Origin: a candidate division WOR-3 bacterium
Lineage (GTDB): Bacteria > Hydrothermota > Hydrothermia > B15-G9 > WFZT01
Length of the DNA stretch: 47,974 nucleotides
Direction: 5' to 3'
NCBI GenBank assembly: GCA_027053075.1
Contig: JALUEE010000042.1
Coordinates: 1-47,974, forward strand
In this document: positions 1 through 13,236 of the stretch, piece by piece
How positions within the stretch are numbered: position 1 is the stretch's first letter
Layout of the letters: the number at the start of each line of letters is the position of its first letter
Program-made: the position numbers and the translations under genes
Notes under the pieces: generated by a model
What the model was told of the DNA's origin: nothing
Seen by the model: the letters and a program-made list of their open reading frames with translations, nothing else
Database searches by the model: none

Positions 1-2
1 CC

Positions 3-2891
3 ACGCTGAGACAGGACAGGATTAAGGACGAGCTCAATGCACTTGGAAATATTTACAGAACTCTCCGTTATACACCACCTAAGGATGAGCAGGAAGCAAG
101 ACAGTACATCCACGATTTCTTCTTCTCCCCTCAGAGATTCTTCTTGGGAAAAGTTGGCAGGTTCAAACTCAATACGAGACTTGGTCTTAACGTTGACCCT
201 GAGAAAGACGTGCTCACAATGGACGATATTGTCCAGATAATGAGGAAACTTATAAAGCTCTATCTGGGAGAAGAGCACAGTGACGATGTAGATGACCTCG
301 CCAATAGAAGGGTAAGGAGAGTCGGCGAGCTGCTTTACGAACAGTTTAGAATTTCCATGCTCAGGCTGGCGCGCGTGATCAGGGAGAGGATGCTCTTGGG
401 TAAAGAAGAGGACATGACTCCCAAGAAACTCGTCAATCCAAGGCTTGTAAGCTCGAGTATTTTGTCATTTTTTACCACAGATAGATTGTCCCAGTTCCTC
501 GACCAGACTAATCCGTTATCAGAGCTTACACACAAGAGAAGACTTTCAGCGCTCGGTAAAGGTGGTTTGACCCGTGAAACGGCGGGATTTGAGGTTCGTG
601 ACGTTCACCCATCTCATTACGGGCGACTCTGCCCCATTGAAACACCTGAAGGTCAGAACATTGGACTTATCACATCGCTTACGACCTATGCGAAGATTAA
701 CGAGATGGGATTCATCGAGACCCCTCTCATTAGAGTGAAAAACGGAAAACTTACGGACGAAATCGTGGAGCTTGCCCCTTATGAGGAGCGTGGTTACAAG
801 ATTGCACCTGCAGATACACCAGTTGACCCTGAAACAGGTGAGATTATTCCTGAAAAGGTCTGGGTGCGCCATGAAGGCGCGTATCCTGTGGTGCCAAAGG
901 AAGAGGTTGATTTTATTGATGTTTCTCCGAGACAGCTCGTTTCTGCGTCCGCTTCTCTTATTCCATTCCTCGAGCATGATGACGCGAACAGGGCATTGAT
1001 GGGATGTAACATGCAGCGTCAGGCTGTTCCTCTCATTGAAGCTGAGCCCCCTATCGTTGGAACAGGAATGGAGAGAAAGATTGCCTATGACTCCGGCGCT
1101 GTGGTAAAGGCCGAGCGCGATGGCACGGTGATAAAGGTTGACGCAAACGAAATAGTAGTGAGACCCAGAAGACGCGGTCGCAGAAAAAGCCTGTTTGAGG
1201 AAAACATAGACGTTTACAAGCTTGCAAAGTTCCAGAGATCAAATCAGAACACGATTTTGAATCAGCGTCCACTCGTGAAGGTGGGCGATAAGGTTAAAAA
1301 GGGACAGGTAATTGCTGACGCGTCCTCTACCAAAAATGGTGAGCTGGCATTGGGTAAAAACCTGCTGGTCGCCTTTGTCCCATGGTTTGGATACAATTTC
1401 GAGGACGCGATAATAATTTCTGAGAGAGTTGCCAAAGACGACGTATTCACTTCAATCCACATTCTTGAATTTGAAGTAGAGGTCAGGGAAACAAAACTTG
1501 GACCTGAAGAGGTTACACGTGACCTTCCAAATGTTCCTGAGGAGATGTTGAAGCACCTTGATGAGAACGGAATTGTGCGTATCGGAGCCGAAGTCAAGCC
1601 CGATGACATCCTTGTGGGAAAGATTTCGCCGAAGGGTGAAAGAGAGCTATCACCGGAAGAAAAGCTGATTTACGCGATATTCTCTGAAAAGGCGAAGGAT
1701 GTAAGGGATACATCAAAGAGAGTGCCACCTGGTGTTACGGGTGTTGTCGTGGATGTTGTGGTGCTTTCACGTAAAAAGGACGACCCACTTTCAATCAGAA
1801 TTGCAAGGCAGAAGAAGATAGAGGCGGAAAAGCGCGCTATTGAACGGGAAAAGGTACTAAAGCAAAGATTTGTTGAAATCGCAAGAGACTTGCTCGAAGG
1901 TGAGAAGGCTGCGAAAGCTATTTACTCCAAAGATGGCAAACTTGTGATTCAGGAAGGTCAGGTGTTTGATAAAGAATTCTTTGAAAACGTTGACCTTCTT
2001 GACCTCGATTTCCCTGAGAACTTCATAGAGGATTCAGAGAAAGAGGATCAATTCACCAACGTGCTCTATCAGATAAAGACTGCGCTTCAGAATCTCATGG
2101 ACCAGCTTGAAGCCGAGATTGAGCAGATCGAGCGCGGTGACGAGCTGCCACCAGGAGTGCTGCAGCTCATCCGTGTGTATGTTGCCCAGAAGAGAAAGAT
2201 TCAGGTTGGTGACAAGCTTTCGGGAAGACATGGAAACAAGGGTGTGGTCTCAAAGATCGCATCTATTGAAGACATGCCATTCCTCGATGATGGAACCCCG
2301 GTTGATATAGTTCTTAATCCACTTGGTGTGCCTTCTCGAATGAATGTCGGACAGATTCTCGAGACCATTCTTGGCTGGGCAGGAAAGGAAAAAGGCGTTT
2401 ACTACGCTGCCCCGGTTTTCCAGTCCATGACTATTGAAGATATTCGAAAAGAGCTTAAAGAGGCTGGTTTACCTGAGGACGGTAAGGTTAGAGTGAGAGA
2501 TGGAAGAACCGGCGAATACTTCGATTTCCCTGTTACGGTTGGTTATATCTACATGATGAAACTCATCCATATGGTGGAGGATAAGGTGCATGCCCGTGCT
2601 ACTGGACCTTACTCACTTATCACGCAACAGCCAGTCGGAGGAAAATCCCACTTCGGCGGACAGAGGTTCGGTGAGATGGAGGTCTGGGCTCTTGAGGCCT
2701 ACGGTGCCGCTTACACCCTTCAGGAAATGCTGACTGTGAAGTCCGATGACATCAAAGGTAGAAACCAGCTCTATCAGGCAATTATTAAGGGAGAGGAATC
2801 TCCCGAACCTGGACTGCCGGCATCCTTTGATGTTCTTTTGAAGGAACTCAGAGGTCTGGCACTGGATGTTGAAATCATTGTTGAAGAATAA
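3..2891 (+). CDS. rpoB: DNA-directed RNA polymerase subunit beta (5'-truncated by window edge)
   Basis: Frame is open from base 3 ([10 protein letters not shown]...), so the ORF-track start at 144 is internal. Motifs [48 protein letters not shown]. Confidence 0.99.
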   Translation, partial: TLRQDRIKDELNALGNIYRTLRYTPPKDEQEARQYIHDFFFSPQRFFLGKVGRFKLNTRLGLNVDPEKDVLTMDDIVQIMRKLIKLYLGEEHSDDVDDLANRRVRRVGELLYEQFRISMLRLARVIRERMLLGKEEDMTPKKLVNPRLVSSSILSFFTTDRLSQFLDQTNPLSELTHKRRLSALGKGGLTRETAGFEVRDVHPSHYGRLCPIETPEGQNIGLITSLTTYAKINEMGFIETPLIRVKNGKLTDEIVELAPYEERGYKIAPADTPVDPETGEIIPEKVWVRHEGAYPVVPKEEVDFIDVSPRQLVSASASLIPFLEHDDANRALMGCNMQRQAVPLIEAEPPIVGTGMERKIAYDSGAVVKAERDGTVIKVDANEIVVRPRRRGRRKSLFEENIDVYKLAKFQRSNQNTILNQRPLVKVGDKVKKGQVIADASSTKNGELALGKNLLVAFVPWFGYNFEDAIIISERVAKDDVFTSIHILEFEVEVRETKLGPEEVTRDLPNVPEEMLKHLDENGIVRIGAEVKPDDILVGKISPKGERELSPEEKLIYAIFSEKAKDVRDTSKRVPPGVTGVVVDVVVLSRKKDDPLSIRIARQKKIEAEKRAIEREKVLKQRFVEIARDLLEGEKAAKAIYSKDGKLVIQEGQVFDKEFFENVDLLDLDFPENFIEDSEKEDQFTNVLYQIKTALQNLMDQLEAEIEQIERGDELPPGVLQLIRVYVAQKRKIQVGDKLSGRHGNKGVVSKIASIEDMPFLDDGTPVDIVLNPLGVPSRMNVGQILETILGWAGKEKGVYYAAPVFQSMTIEDIRKELKEAGLPEDGKVRVRDGRTGEYFDFPVTVGYIYMMKLIHMVEDKVHARATGPYSLITQQPVGGKSHFGGQRFGEMEVWALEAYGAAYTLQEMLTVKSDDIKGRNQLYQAIIKGEESPEPGLPASFDVLLKELRGLALDVEIIVEE

Positions 2892-2911
2892 AACAAAAGG
2901 GGGTAATAAAA

Positions 2912-5900
2912 GTGGCTGATATAAACCCCAAAGATTTAGTTGCCATAAGATTAAAATTGGCTTCTCCTGAGGCTATACGTAGCTGGTCTTACGGAGAAGT
3001 CAAAAGAGCTGAAACCATTAATTACAGAACCCAGAAACCAGAAAGAGACGGATTATTCTGCGAGAGAATTTTTGGTCCTGTAAAGGATTACGAATGTGCC
3101 TGTGGAAAATACAAGGGGAAGAGGTACAAGGGAATCATCTGTGACCGCTGTGGCGTCGAAGTGACAACATCGGCGGTCAGAAGGGAAAGGATGGGCCACA
3201 TTGAGCTCGCAGTGCCTGTGGCTCATATCTGGTACTACAAAGTACCTCCCTCAATGATAGGACTCCTCCTCGATTTAACCATCAGGCAGCTCGAAGATAT
3301 CCTTTATTACGATTCCTATATCGTTACTGATCCAGGAGATACAGGACTTACAAAAGGACAGGTTCTAACTGAATCAGAGTACAGAGACGCTATTGAGCAG
3401 TATGGTGAAGGTGAATTTGAAGCATCGATGGGAGCTGAGCCCTTAAAGAGACTCCTTTCTGAGCTTGACCTCGAGGAGATGGCGATTACACTTCGCACGC
3501 AGATGAAATTAGAACGCTCACCTTTGAGGATGAGCAAGATTCTGAAGAAGCTCAGGATTGTGGAATCGTTTCTCAATTCAGGCTCACGCCCTGAATGGAT
3601 GATTCTTGAGGTTTTGCCGGTTATTCCGCCTGATCTGAGACCTCTTGTGCCACTTGATGGCGGTAGATACGCCACGAGTGACCTCAATGACCTCTACAGA
3701 CGAGTTATTACCAGGAACAACCGACTCAAGAACATGATCGAGCTGAATGCACCCGAGATTATTCTGAGAAACGAAAAAAGAATGCTACAGGAAGCGGTTG
3801 ATGCACTCCTTGATAATTCACGTAGAAGGAGACCTGTTGTTGGTAGAGGCGGAAGAAAGCTCAAGTCCCTTTCGGACATTTTAAGAGGTAAGAAAGGACT
3901 TCTGAGGAGAAACCTGCTCGGTAAGCGTGTTGATTACTCAGGAAGGTCAGTGATTGTCGTTGGACCAGAGCTGAAGCTTCATCAGGTTGGGTTACCAAAG
4001 GAGATGGCAATAGAGCTATTTAAACCTTTCGTGGAGCACAAGCTCGAGGAGTCGGGACTTGCTCAATCTATCCGCTCCGCAAGAAGGCTTCTTCAGCAGA
4101 GGCACGAAGGAGTGTGGGAGCTTCTTGAAGAGGTGGTGAAAGACCATCCCGTGCTTCTCAATAGAGCGCCAACCCTTCACAGGGTTTCAATTCAGGCATT
4201 CGAGCCTGTCCTCGTTGAGGGTAAAGCAATTAAACTTCATCCTCTCGTTTGTAATGCCTACAACGCAGACTTCGATGGAGACCAGATGGCCGTTTTTGTG
4301 CCCATCTCGCTGGAAGCCCAGCTCGAGAGTTCCACTCTCCTGCTCTCAGTGAATAACATTCTCTCTCCAGCCCATGGAAAGCCTCTCGCTTCGGCGTCTC
4401 AGGATATGGTTATCGGAATCTACTATATTACGAGGGTCAAGAAGGGAGCGAAGGGCGAAGGGACAAAGTTCTCTTCCGTGGAGGAGGCAAGAATTGCCTA
4501 TGAGAATGGAATGATAGACCTTCATGCAGAAATTGAGGTGCCGATCAAGGGTCAGTATATCAAGACCACCATGGGTAGAATCATATTCAATGACATTATT
4601 CCTGAGGGCATGGGTTACATTAACGAGAACCTGGGCAAGAAAGAGATTCAGAACCTGGTGTGGACAATTCACAAGAGATACGGAAACAAAGTCACGGCGA
4701 AGTTTCTCGATGATATGAAGAATCTTGGATTCTCATATGCAACGAAATCCGGCCTGACATTTGGTGTAGACGATATGATTGTCCCGGAGGAGAAAGAAAG
4801 GATCATTCGTGAAGCAATGGAGGAAAGGGAAAAGGTTGAAAAGGCTGCGCAGAAGGGACTTGTCTCGAGAATCGAAAGATACCAGAAAATCCTCGACATC
4901 TGGACAAGAGCTACTGAAGAAGTCAAAGAGGCGATGTTTGAAAAGATTGCGAAGGACAAGGATGGATTTAACCCCATTTACATGATGGTGACATCGGGCG
5001 CGAGAGGAAACATTGACCAGGTGAGACAGCTTGCAGGTATGAGAGGATTGATGGCAAGGCCGAAGAAGGGCCGTGAGAGCGTTGGCGAATTCATTGAAAC
5101 ACCTATTATTTCGAACTTTAAAGAAGGCCTTAGGGTGCTTGAGTACTTCATCTCCACCCATGGTGCCCGTAAAGGACTCTCTGATACAGCGTTAAAGACA
5201 GCGGACGCAGGACACCTGACAAGAAGACTTGTTGACGTGGCTCAGGAAGTGGTTATCACGGAAGAGGATTGTGGCACCATCATGGGCAGGAAGATTTCTG
5301 CCCTCAAAGATGGTGAGACGGTGATCGAACCTCTCTCTGAGAGGATTGTCGGTCGTGTGGCCGTGGACAGAGTTGTACATCCTATTACGGGCGAGATTAT
5401 TGTTGATTACAACGAAGAGATTACCGAAGAGGCGGCAAAGAAGATAGAAGAAGCAGGCATCGAGTCTGTGGAAGTGAGGACAGTGCTCAGATGTGAGGCC
5501 AAGCATGGAGTATGTGCCAAGTGCTACGGTAGAAACCTTGCTACTGGTAAGATGGTTGAAATCGGTGAGGCCGTGGGTGTTATGGCTGCCCAGTCCATTG
5601 GTGAGCCGGGTACTCAGCTAACACTCAGAACCTTCCACACAGGTGGCGCTGCAGAGCGTATTGCAGAAGAGGTAAGGCACGTTGCCCCGTTTGATGGAAC
5701 GGTTGAATTTGTGGACCTTAAAACGGTAAAAAGGCGTAACGGCCAGGTTGTCTCGCTTTCAAAGAAGGGCAAAATTATCGTTAAGCATGACGACATCTTA
5801 AGAGAATTTGGTGTACCCTACGGCGCTGTAATACTTGTAGATGATGGAGAAGAAGTGAAAAAGGGTACACCTCTTGTTGAATGGGAGCCCTATTCACTAC

Positions 5901-6961
5901 CCATTCTTGCGACAAGGTCTGGAAAAATTAAATTCAGAGACCTCGTTGAAGGTATAACCCTTAGAGAAACTTTAGAAGAAGGTAAGATCGAAAGGGTTAT
6001 CGAAATTGACAAGCACAAGCGTTACTTCCCCACAGTCCTTGTGGTAGACCCTCAGACGGATGAGATTCTCGAAGAGATTCCACTTGTTCAGGAAGCAAGA
6101 CTTGCGGTTAAAGAGGGTGAGGAAGTATACCCCGGTGAGATAGTTGCGAGGGTGCCTCGTGAGGCAGGAAAGACGAAGGATATTACAGGTGGTCTGCCAC
6201 GCGTCGAGGAACTCTTTGAGGCAAGGTCTCCAAAGGAAAAAGCAATTGTTGCTGAAATTGATGGAACTGTGGAGATCAATCCTCCCGAGAAGGGATATTT
6301 CAGAATCAGAATTGTCCCCGATGCCGGAGAGCCAAGAGAGTACCTTGTGCCATTTGGTAAGTATCTCCTTGTCGGAAACGGAGAGAGGATTCAGGCAGGA
6401 GAGCCTATCACAACAGGTCCCATTGACCCTCATGACATTCTGAGGATTAAGGGTAAGGACTACGTGCAGGAATTCCTGCTTGACCAGATTCAGGAAGTTT
6501 ACAGACTTTCCGGAGTGAAAATTGACGACAAGCACATCGAAATCATTGTTCGCCAGATGATGAGAAAGGTGAAGATAGAGAATCCAGGAGACACCAAGTT
6601 TATCCAGGGTGACATTGTGGACTTTATCAAGGTGATTGAGGAAAACGAAGAGGTGAGGAAGAGAGGTGGAAAACCTGCTCAGTACGAGCCAATTCTTCTT
6701 GGAATTACGAGGGCGTCGCTTGCAACTGAGAGCTTTATTTCAGCGGCCTCATTCCAGGAGACCACCAAGGTGCTTGCAAATGCAGCAGTTGCTGGTAAGG
6801 TTGATGAGCTCAGAGGTTTGAAAGAGAACGTGATTATCGGAAATCTTATACCAGCTGGAACGGGATTGAGAGAGTACAGAGATATAGTGGTTGGTGAAGA
6901 GGAAGTTCCAGAAGAGAAAGAGGCAGCCGGAGGAGAGGAAGAGCTTCAGGCTGCTGGATGA
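2912..6961 (+). CDS. rpoC: DNA-directed RNA polymerase subunit beta'
   Basis: GTG start after AAGGGGGT. Zn-finger CACGK...CDRC, catalytic NADFDGD, trigger loop TLRTFH...DITGGLPRV with a large SI3-type insertion. Confidence 0.99.
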   Translation: MADINPKDLVAIRLKLASPEAIRSWSYGEVKRAETINYRTQKPERDGLFCERIFGPVKDYECACGKYKGKRYKGIICDRCGVEVTTSAVRRERMGHIELAVPVAHIWYYKVPPSMIGLLLDLTIRQLEDILYYDSYIVTDPGDTGLTKGQVLTESEYRDAIEQYGEGEFEASMGAEPLKRLLSELDLEEMAITLRTQMKLERSPLRMSKILKKLRIVESFLNSGSRPEWMILEVLPVIPPDLRPLVPLDGGRYATSDLNDLYRRVITRNNRLKNMIELNAPEIILRNEKRMLQEAVDALLDNSRRRRPVVGRGGRKLKSLSDILRGKKGLLRRNLLGKRVDYSGRSVIVVGPELKLHQVGLPKEMAIELFKPFVEHKLEESGLAQSIRSARRLLQQRHEGVWELLEEVVKDHPVLLNRAPTLHRVSIQAFEPVLVEGKAIKLHPLVCNAYNADFDGDQMAVFVPISLEAQLESSTLLLSVNNILSPAHGKPLASASQDMVIGIYYITRVKKGAKGEGTKFSSVEEARIAYENGMIDLHAEIEVPIKGQYIKTTMGRIIFNDIIPEGMGYINENLGKKEIQNLVWTIHKRYGNKVTAKFLDDMKNLGFSYATKSGLTFGVDDMIVPEEKERIIREAMEEREKVEKAAQKGLVSRIERYQKILDIWTRATEEVKEAMFEKIAKDKDGFNPIYMMVTSGARGNIDQVRQLAGMRGLMARPKKGRESVGEFIETPIISNFKEGLRVLEYFISTHGARKGLSDTALKTADAGHLTRRLVDVAQEVVITEEDCGTIMGRKISALKDGETVIEPLSERIVGRVAVDRVVHPITGEIIVDYNEEITEEAAKKIEEAGIESVEVRTVLRCEAKHGVCAKCYGRNLATGKMVEIGEAVGVMAAQSIGEPGTQLTLRTFHTGGAAERIAEEVRHVAPFDGTVEFVDLKTVKRRNGQVVSLSKKGKIIVKHDDILREFGVPYGAVILVDDGEEVKKGTPLVEWEPYSLPILATRSGKIKFRDLVEGITLRETLEEGKIERVIEIDKHKRYFPTVLVVDPQTDEILEEIPLVQEARLAVKEGEEVYPGEIVARVPREAGKTKDITGGLPRVEELFEARSPKEKAIVAEIDGTVEINPPEKGYFRIRIVPDAGEPREYLVPFGKYLLVGNGERIQAGEPITTGPIDPHDILRIKGKDYVQEFLLDQIQEVYRLSGVKIDDKHIEIIVRQMMRKVKIENPGDTKFIQGDIVDFIKVIEENEEVRKRGGKPAQYEPILLGITRASLATESFISAASFQETTKVLANAAVAGKVDELRGLKENVIIGNLIPAGTGLREYRDIVVGEEEVPEEKEAAGGEEELQAAG

Positions 6962-6970
6962 GAAATTTTT

Positions 6971-7011
6971 TGTCAGGGTGGGGCGCGCCTTCGGCGCGCC
7001 CCACCCTGACA
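6971..7011 (+). terminator. 19-bp perfect GC-rich hairpin after rpoC (terminator or mRNA 3' stabiliser; no downstream U-tract)
   Basis: TGTCAGGGTGGGGCGCGCC-TTC-GGCGCGCCCCACCCTGACA, 10 nt after the stop codon. Confidence 0.6.
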
Positions 7012-7074
7012 TTCAAACCCCACACTCGATATGTAAAAGTGGGATAAGAAAACTGTAAACAGACTCAAATTTAC

Positions 7075-7103
7075 TTGACATTAAGCTGTTTATCGGTTAA
7101 TAA
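7075..7103 (+). promoter_or_regulatory. Putative sigma70 promoter of the str operon
   Basis: TTGACA at 7075-7080, 17-nt spacer, weak -10 TAATAA in AT-rich context. SD AAGGAGG precedes rpsL. Confidence 0.55.
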
Positions 7104-7136
7104 ATTAACCTTACTTGGAGGTAAAGGAGGAATTGT

Positions 7137-7511
7137 ATGCCGACAATTAACCAATTGATAAGGCGTCCAAGAAAGCCGAAGAGAAAAAAGTCAAAGTCTC
7201 CGGCTCTTGAGGGTAATCCTCAGAAACGCGGGGTATGTATCAGGGTTTATACGACTACCCCGAAGAAGCCGAATTCTGCGCTTCGTAAGGTGGCGAAGGT
7301 GAGACTGACAAATGGAAAAGAGGTCGTGGCTTATATTCCAGGTGAAGGACATAATCTTCAGGAGCACTCGGTAGTTCTTGTGAGAGGCGGACGTGTGAAG
7401 GATCTGCCAGGAGTGAAGTATCACATCGTTAGAGGAAAATACGACGCTGCAGGCGTCGAAGGAAGAAGAAATTCAAGGTCCCTCTACGGAACAAAGAGGC
7501 CACGTTCATAA
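7137..7511 (+). CDS. rpsL: 30S ribosomal protein S12
   Basis: MPTINQL..., [18 protein letters not shown]. Confidence 0.99.
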   Translation: MPTINQLIRRPRKPKRKKSKSPALEGNPQKRGVCIRVYTTTPKKPNSALRKVAKVRLTNGKEVVAYIPGEGHNLQEHSVVLVRGGRVKDLPGVKYHIVRGKYDAAGVEGRRNSRSLYGTKRPRS

Positions 7512-7997
<486 letters not shown>

Positions 7998-8003
7998 TAG
8001 TTT

Positions 8004-10091
8004 ATGGGCAGTGGTGGCACCAAACCGCATATTGAATATGACCTCGAAAAAATTCGAAATATTGGTTTTGCCGCGCACATTGATGCGGGCAAAACCACAA
8101 CAACAGAACGTATTCTTTACTATACGGGAAGGGTTCATCGAATAGGGGAAGTTGACGAGGGGAGTGCCACCACAGACTGGATGATTCAGGAAAAGGAGAG
8201 GGGAATCACCATTGTTAGCGCCGCCACAACGGTTTACTGGAAGGGGCACCGAATTAACATAATCGACACCCCTGGCCACGTGGATTTTACTGCAGAAGTT
8301 GAGCGTTCTTTGCGTGTCCTTGATGGACTTATCGTGATTTTTGACGGGGTTGCTGGAGTTGAGCCCCAGTCCGAAACCGTCTGGCATCAGGCCGACAGAT
8401 ACAATGTGAGACGGATTGCCTATATCAACAAGCTTGACCGCCTGGGAGCAGACCCTCGACGCGTGATTAGAATGATTGAAGAAAGATTCAAGGTTAAGAC
8501 TCTGCCGCTCGAATTGCCCGTCGGGATTGAAAGTTCTTTTTCCGGTGTAATCGACCTTGTGGAACTCAAGAGATACATCTGGAGCGATGAGATTGACCCC
8601 ACCGGTGAGAAATACCGCACAGAAAAGGTGGAGCTTGAAGGTGAAATCGCGGAGGCCTACGAAGAGTTGATTTTCCAGCTCTCTGAAATCGATGAGTCCA
8701 TTCTTGATGATTATGAGAGTAACGGCAGGGTGGAGCCCCAGAAGCTTAGAGCTGCAATAAGAAAGGGCACACTTGAGCAGATGTTTGTTCCTGTTTTGAT
8801 GGGGTCTTCGCTGAAAAATAAAGGGATTCAACCACTGATTGATGCTATTGTGTATTACCTGCCTTCACCACTGGATATGCCACCAGTTGTTGGGATCGAT
8901 CCCAACACTGGAGAGAGGCTTGAGAGACATCCAGACCCTGATGAGCCATTTACTGCCGTGGTTTTTAAGATTCAGCTTGATAAGCACGCGAATAAACTGT
9001 TTCTGACGAGGGTTTATTCCGGAACTCTCAGGGTTAATAAGAAGGTGCTTGTCAATAATAGTGGAGAGATTGGAAGGGTCACACGAATTTATCTGATGCA
9101 CGCGAACAAAAAGGAGACTGTGAATTTTGCGAGGGCTGGTGAAATAGTGGCCCTCGTGGGATTGAAGACTGCAAAAACTGGAGACACGCTTTCTGACCCG
9201 GAACATCCCATTTTGCTTGAAGGGATGAGTTTCCCTGAGCCTGTTATTTCACTTTCTATTGAGCCACGAAGTGCTAAAGATGAGGAGAAACTGGAGACCA
9301 CACTGAAAGAAATGTCTATAGAGGACCCGACATTTAGAATCGAAAGGGATAGAGAAACAGGCCAGCTTTTGATTTCAGGAATGGGAGAGCTGCATCTTGA
9401 TATAATCGTTGATAGACTGAAGCGTGAATTTGGACTTGATGTGAGGACCGGTAAACCTCAGGTGACATTTAGAGAAACAATAACACAGCCTGTGAGGCTT
9501 GAAAGAGTTATTGATAAAGAAATCGGAGGAGTACGTCACAAGGGCGGTGTTGAAATCGAGATTTCACCTCGAAAGATGGGTGAAGGCAACAGAATTGAGA
9601 TACTTGCCGAGGGTGTTCCTGCTGAGATTCAGGAAGTTTTGAGGTCATCTGTAGAAGAAGGATTGTATTACGGTCCCCTGATGGGCTACAAAGTTGTGGA
9701 CGTATGCATTAAAATATTAAAGGTATTATTAGGCGAGGAGTACACTCCCCTTGGAACAAGGCTTGCGGTCCTGCGGGCACTGCAGGATGGTTTGCGTGAA
9801 GGTAAGCCTATTTTGCTTGAGCCTGTAGTGGACCTTGAGATTATTCTCCCGCAGGAATTTGTGGGGAATGTCGTCGCTGACTTGGGTTCCAGGGGTGGTG
9901 AGCTTGTAAAAATGGAAGCTCTGGGTGACGTCCTGCAAAAAGTGGTTGCAAGGGTCGCCCTGAGGAAAATTTTTGGTTATTCAACAACTTTGAGGTCTCT
10001 GACACAGGGACGCGGAAACTTCTGGATGAAGTTGTCTCATTTCGCGCCTGTGCCAGAGGAAGAATTGGAAAAAATCTTAGTATTACAATAA
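8004..10091 (+). CDS. fusA: Elongation factor G family protein, divergent (EF-G2/recycling-type domain IV)
   Basis: [40 protein letters not shown]. Sits in the str operon. Domain IV tip loops are non-canonical. Confidence 0.93.
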   Translation: MGSGGTKPHIEYDLEKIRNIGFAAHIDAGKTTTTERILYYTGRVHRIGEVDEGSATTDWMIQEKERGITIVSAATTVYWKGHRINIIDTPGHVDFTAEVERSLRVLDGLIVIFDGVAGVEPQSETVWHQADRYNVRRIAYINKLDRLGADPRRVIRMIEERFKVKTLPLELPVGIESSFSGVIDLVELKRYIWSDEIDPTGEKYRTEKVELEGEIAEAYEELIFQLSEIDESILDDYESNGRVEPQKLRAAIRKGTLEQMFVPVLMGSSLKNKGIQPLIDAIVYYLPSPLDMPPVVGIDPNTGERLERHPDPDEPFTAVVFKIQLDKHANKLFLTRVYSGTLRVNKKVLVNNSGEIGRVTRIYLMHANKKETVNFARAGEIVALVGLKTAKTGDTLSDPEHPILLEGMSFPEPVISLSIEPRSAKDEEKLETTLKEMSIEDPTFRIERDRETGQLLISGMGELHLDIIVDRLKREFGLDVRTGKPQVTFRETITQPVRLERVIDKEIGGVRHKGGVEIEISPRKMGEGNRIEILAEGVPAEIQEVLRSSVEEGLYYGPLMGYKVVDVCIKILKVLLGEEYTPLGTRLAVLRALQDGLREGKPILLEPVVDLEIILPQEFVGNVVADLGSRGGELVKMEALGDVLQKVVARVALRKIFGYSTTLRSLTQGRGNFWMKLSHFAPVPEEELEKILVLQ

Positions 10092-10109
10092 GCAACGGAG
10101 GTGTAAGAT

Positions 10110-11306
10110 ATGTCTAAGCCAAAATTTGAAAGGAAGAAGCCACACATAAACGTTGGAACGATTGGTCACGTTGACCATGGTAAGTCCACACTGACAAGTG
10201 CTATCACAAAGTACCTGTCCTTCAAGGGACTGGCCGAGTACATACCGTTCGATGCTATCGATAAGGCACCGGAAGAGAAGGCTCGTGGAATCACAATCAA
10301 CCTCGCTCACATTGAGTATGAGACCGAAAAGAGACACTATGCTCACATCGACTGCCCGGGTCACGCAGACTACATTAAAAACATGATCACAGGTGCTGCT
10401 CAGATGGACGGAGCAATCCTTGTGGTTGCCGCAACCGACGGTCCTATGCCACAGACAAGAGAGCACATCCTTCTTGCAAGACAGGTGAACGTTCCATACA
10501 TCGTTGTGTACATGAACAAGATTGATATGGTTGACGACCCTGAGATTCTGGAGCTCGTAGAGCTCGAGATCAGGGACCTTCTGAACCAGTACGAGTTCCC
10601 TGGTGACGAGGTGCCTATTATCAGAGGTTCAGCTCTTAAGGCCCTCGAGTGTGAGAGCGAGGATTGCGAGTGGTTCAAGTCAATCAAAGAGCTTCTCGAC
10701 GCCATGGATGAGTACATTCCTGAGCCCAAGAGAGAGATCGACAAACCATTCCTCATGGCTATCGAGGATATCTTTTCCATCACAGGTCGTGGTACCGTGG
10801 TGACAGGAAGAGTTGAGCGTGGAATTCTCAAGCCTGGTGAGGAAGTTGAGATCGTTGGATTCAGAGACAAGCCAATCAAGACCGTGGTCACATCTATCGA
10901 GATGTTCAGAAAGATCCTTGATGAGGCAAGGGCTGGTGACAACGTAGGACTTCTCTTAAGAGGAATCAAAAAAGATGACGTTGAAAGAGGAATGGTTGTT
11001 GCAAAGCCTGGTTCAATCACCCCTCACAAGAAATTCAGAGCCCAGGTTTACGTTTTGAAGAAAGAAGAGGGTGGAAGGCACACACCGTTCTTCACAGGTT
11101 ACAGACCTCAGTTCTACTTCAGAACCACAGACGTTACGGGAACAATCAAGCTTCCTGAGGGTCGCGAAATGGTTATGCCTGGTGACCACGTTAACTTAGA
11201 GGTTGAGCTCATCGAGCCAGTGGCACTTGAGGAAGGACTCAGATTCGCAGTTAGAGAAGGCGGAAGAACTGTGGGTGCTGGAGTCGTAACCGAGATTATT
11301 GAATAA
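10110..11306 (+). CDS. tuf: Elongation factor Tu
   Basis: [46 protein letters not shown]. Confidence 0.99.
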   Translation: MSKPKFERKKPHINVGTIGHVDHGKSTLTSAITKYLSFKGLAEYIPFDAIDKAPEEKARGITINLAHIEYETEKRHYAHIDCPGHADYIKNMITGAAQMDGAILVVAATDGPMPQTREHILLARQVNVPYIVVYMNKIDMVDDPEILELVELEIRDLLNQYEFPGDEVPIIRGSALKALECESEDCEWFKSIKELLDAMDEYIPEPKREIDKPFLMAIEDIFSITGRGTVVTGRVERGILKPGEEVEIVGFRDKPIKTVVTSIEMFRKILDEARAGDNVGLLLRGIKKDDVERGMVVAKPGSITPHKKFRAQVYVLKKEEGGRHTPFFTGYRPQFYFRTTDVTGTIKLPEGREMVMPGDHVNLEVELIEPVALEEGLRFAVREGGRTVGAGVVTEIIE

Positions 11307-11308
11307 AA

Positions 11309-11620
11309 ATGATTGAAGGAAAAATCAGAATAAAGCTAAAGTCATTCGATCCGGCCCTGATAGATAGGTCGGCGAAAAGGATAACGCTCACTGCCAAGAG
11401 AACCGGGGCAGAGGTGTCCGGGCCGATTCCTCTTCCAACAAAGAGGACACTTTTCTCGGTCATCAGGTCACCTCATGTCCACAAGCGTTCTCAGGAGCAG
11501 TTTGAGCTGAAGATTCACAAAAGATTGATAGAGATCAGGAAACCTACACAGGAAACCATAGACAAGCTATCCAGACTGGACTTACCAGCTGGTGTAGATG
11601 TTGAAATTAAGGTGGTGTAA
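11309..11620 (+). CDS. rpsJ: 30S ribosomal protein S10
   Basis: [24 protein letters not shown]. Confidence 0.98.
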   Translation: MIEGKIRIKLKSFDPALIDRSAKRITLTAKRTGAEVSGPIPLPTKRTLFSVIRSPHVHKRSQEQFELKIHKRLIEIRKPTQETIDKLSRLDLPAGVDVEIKVV

Positions 11621-11622
11621 AA

Positions 11623-12321
11623 ATGGACGGAATAATTGGTAGAAAGCTGGGAATGACCCAGATCCCTACCGAAGACGGCTCAATAACGGCTGTTACCGTT
11701 ATTGAAGCCGGCCCCTGTTACGTCCTTCAGGGGAAGACCGTTGAGAAGGACGGTTACAACGCGATAAAAGTGGCTTTTGGCGAGGTTCCCAAGAAGAGGC
11801 TCTCGAAGCCTCTTCTTGGTGAACTCATTAAAGCCCTCGGTGATGGAAGAGAAACTTATCCGGCTCAGAAAATTACTGAGTTTAAGGTGGAAAACCCATC
11901 TGAGTTTGAGCCGGGTAAAGAGATCAAAGTCACAGACGTCTTTCAGGAGAAGGACTTTATTGATGTAACAGGGATTTCTAAAGGTAAGGGATTCCAGGGT
12001 GTTATGAAAAGGTGGGGCTTTCACGGTGGCCCCAAAACACACGGCTCTAAGTTTCATAGAGCTCCAGGTTCCATCGGACAGACGACTGATCCAGGTAGAG
12101 TGTGGAAAGGAAAGAAGATGGCTGGACACATGGGTAACAGAAGAGTGACCGTGCAGAACCTGCAAATCGTGAAGATTTATCCTGATAAAAACATCGTTCT
12201 GGTGAAGGGAGCTATACCGGGTGCAAATGGCAGTATAGTGATTCTGAGGAAGGCAAAGAGACCCAAACCCAACAAGCCTGCAATTTCTGCTCTAACAACC
12301 AAAGAGGAGAATAAATCATGA
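11623..12321 (+). CDS. rplC: 50S ribosomal protein L3
   Basis: GRKLGMTQ, SKGKGFQGVMKRWGF, GKKMAGHMG. Confidence 0.98.
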   Translation: MDGIIGRKLGMTQIPTEDGSITAVTVIEAGPCYVLQGKTVEKDGYNAIKVAFGEVPKKRLSKPLLGELIKALGDGRETYPAQKITEFKVENPSEFEPGKEIKVTDVFQEKDFIDVTGISKGKGFQGVMKRWGFHGGPKTHGSKFHRAPGSIGQTTDPGRVWKGKKMAGHMGNRRVTVQNLQIVKIYPDKNIVLVKGAIPGANGSIVILRKAKRPKPNKPAISALTTKEENKS

Positions 12322-12941
12322 AGGCACCTCTTTTGAATGCTAACGGCGAAAAAGTCGATATGATCGAGCTTCCTGAGGAGATTTTCGGGGTTAAGCCAAA
12401 GAAGGCTGTTCTCTGGGAAGTCGTGCGCATGTATCAGGCGAATCGGAGAAGGGGTACTCACAAGACCAAAGCGAGAGGTGAGCTTGCATATTCCACAGCG
12501 AAACTCTTCCCTCAGAAAGGTCTCGGCAGAGCAAGGCACGGCTCAAGGTCAGCAAACATTTTTGTGGGCGGCTACAAAGCCTTCGGTCCTAAACCCCGTG
12601 ATTACAGCTACAGTGTTCCCAAGAAGGTAAAGAGGCTCGCTCTTAAAATGGCTCTCTCTGATCGTGCTATGAATCGCAGGGTTCTTGTGATGGAAAAGGT
12701 GGATTTCGAAACCCCGAAGACCAAAAACATGGTTGGACTCGTTGGCAAAATCGGACTGGACAACAAGAAAGTGGTTTTCCTCCTCAATAGCCCCAATAAA
12801 AATGTTTATCTCTCAGGCAGAAATATACCTCGTGTGGATGTGAAGCTGGCAAAGGATGTGAACGCAATGGACATTCTCAACTTCGATTATGTGGTAATTG
12901 AGAAAGATGGTATCGAAACACTGAAGGAGAGATTGGCATGA
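12318..12941 (+). CDS. rplD: 50S ribosomal protein L4
   Basis: RRGTHKTK, QKGLGRARHGS, FGPKPRDYS. Confidence 0.98.
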   Translation: MKAPLLNANGEKVDMIELPEEIFGVKPKKAVLWEVVRMYQANRRRGTHKTKARGELAYSTAKLFPQKGLGRARHGSRSANIFVGGYKAFGPKPRDYSYSVPKKVKRLALKMALSDRAMNRRVLVMEKVDFETPKTKNMVGLVGKIGLDNKKVVFLLNSPNKNVYLSGRNIPRVDVKLAKDVNAMDILNFDYVVIEKDGIETLKERLA

Positions 12942-13231
12942 AAGACCCAAGAGACATCATCATTAGGCCGATTTTGACGGAAAAGGTTACTTTCCTGAGA
13001 GAGAAGCTTGGAAACTACTATGCCTTTGAGGTTGCAAGGGATGCGAACAAACCGCAGATAAAGAAGGCGATTGAGGACCTATTTAAGGTAAAGGTCGAGG
13101 ACGTGAAGATAGTTAACATGAAAGGAAAGCCGAGAAGAGTGAGGAGAGCCCCCGGTTACACGAGAGCTTACAAAAAGGCATACGTAAAGCTTAAGAAAGG
13201 CGAAAGAATTGAAGGATTAGAAGGAGTGTGA
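12938..13231 (+). CDS. rplW: 50S ribosomal protein L23
   Basis: RPILTEK, ANKPQIKKAIE, KKAYVKL; synteny. Confidence 0.97.
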   Translation: MKDPRDIIIRPILTEKVTFLREKLGNYYAFEVARDANKPQIKKAIEDLFKVKVEDVKIVNMKGKPRRVRRAPGYTRAYKKAYVKLKKGERIEGLEGV

Positions 13232-13236
13232 TTTAA

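Noticed and set aside
7059..7080. ACAGACT upstream of TTGACA at both the rpsL and rpmJ promoters
   Set aside because: Only 7 bp, with different spacing (9 versus 12 nt); too weak to call a shared regulatory site.
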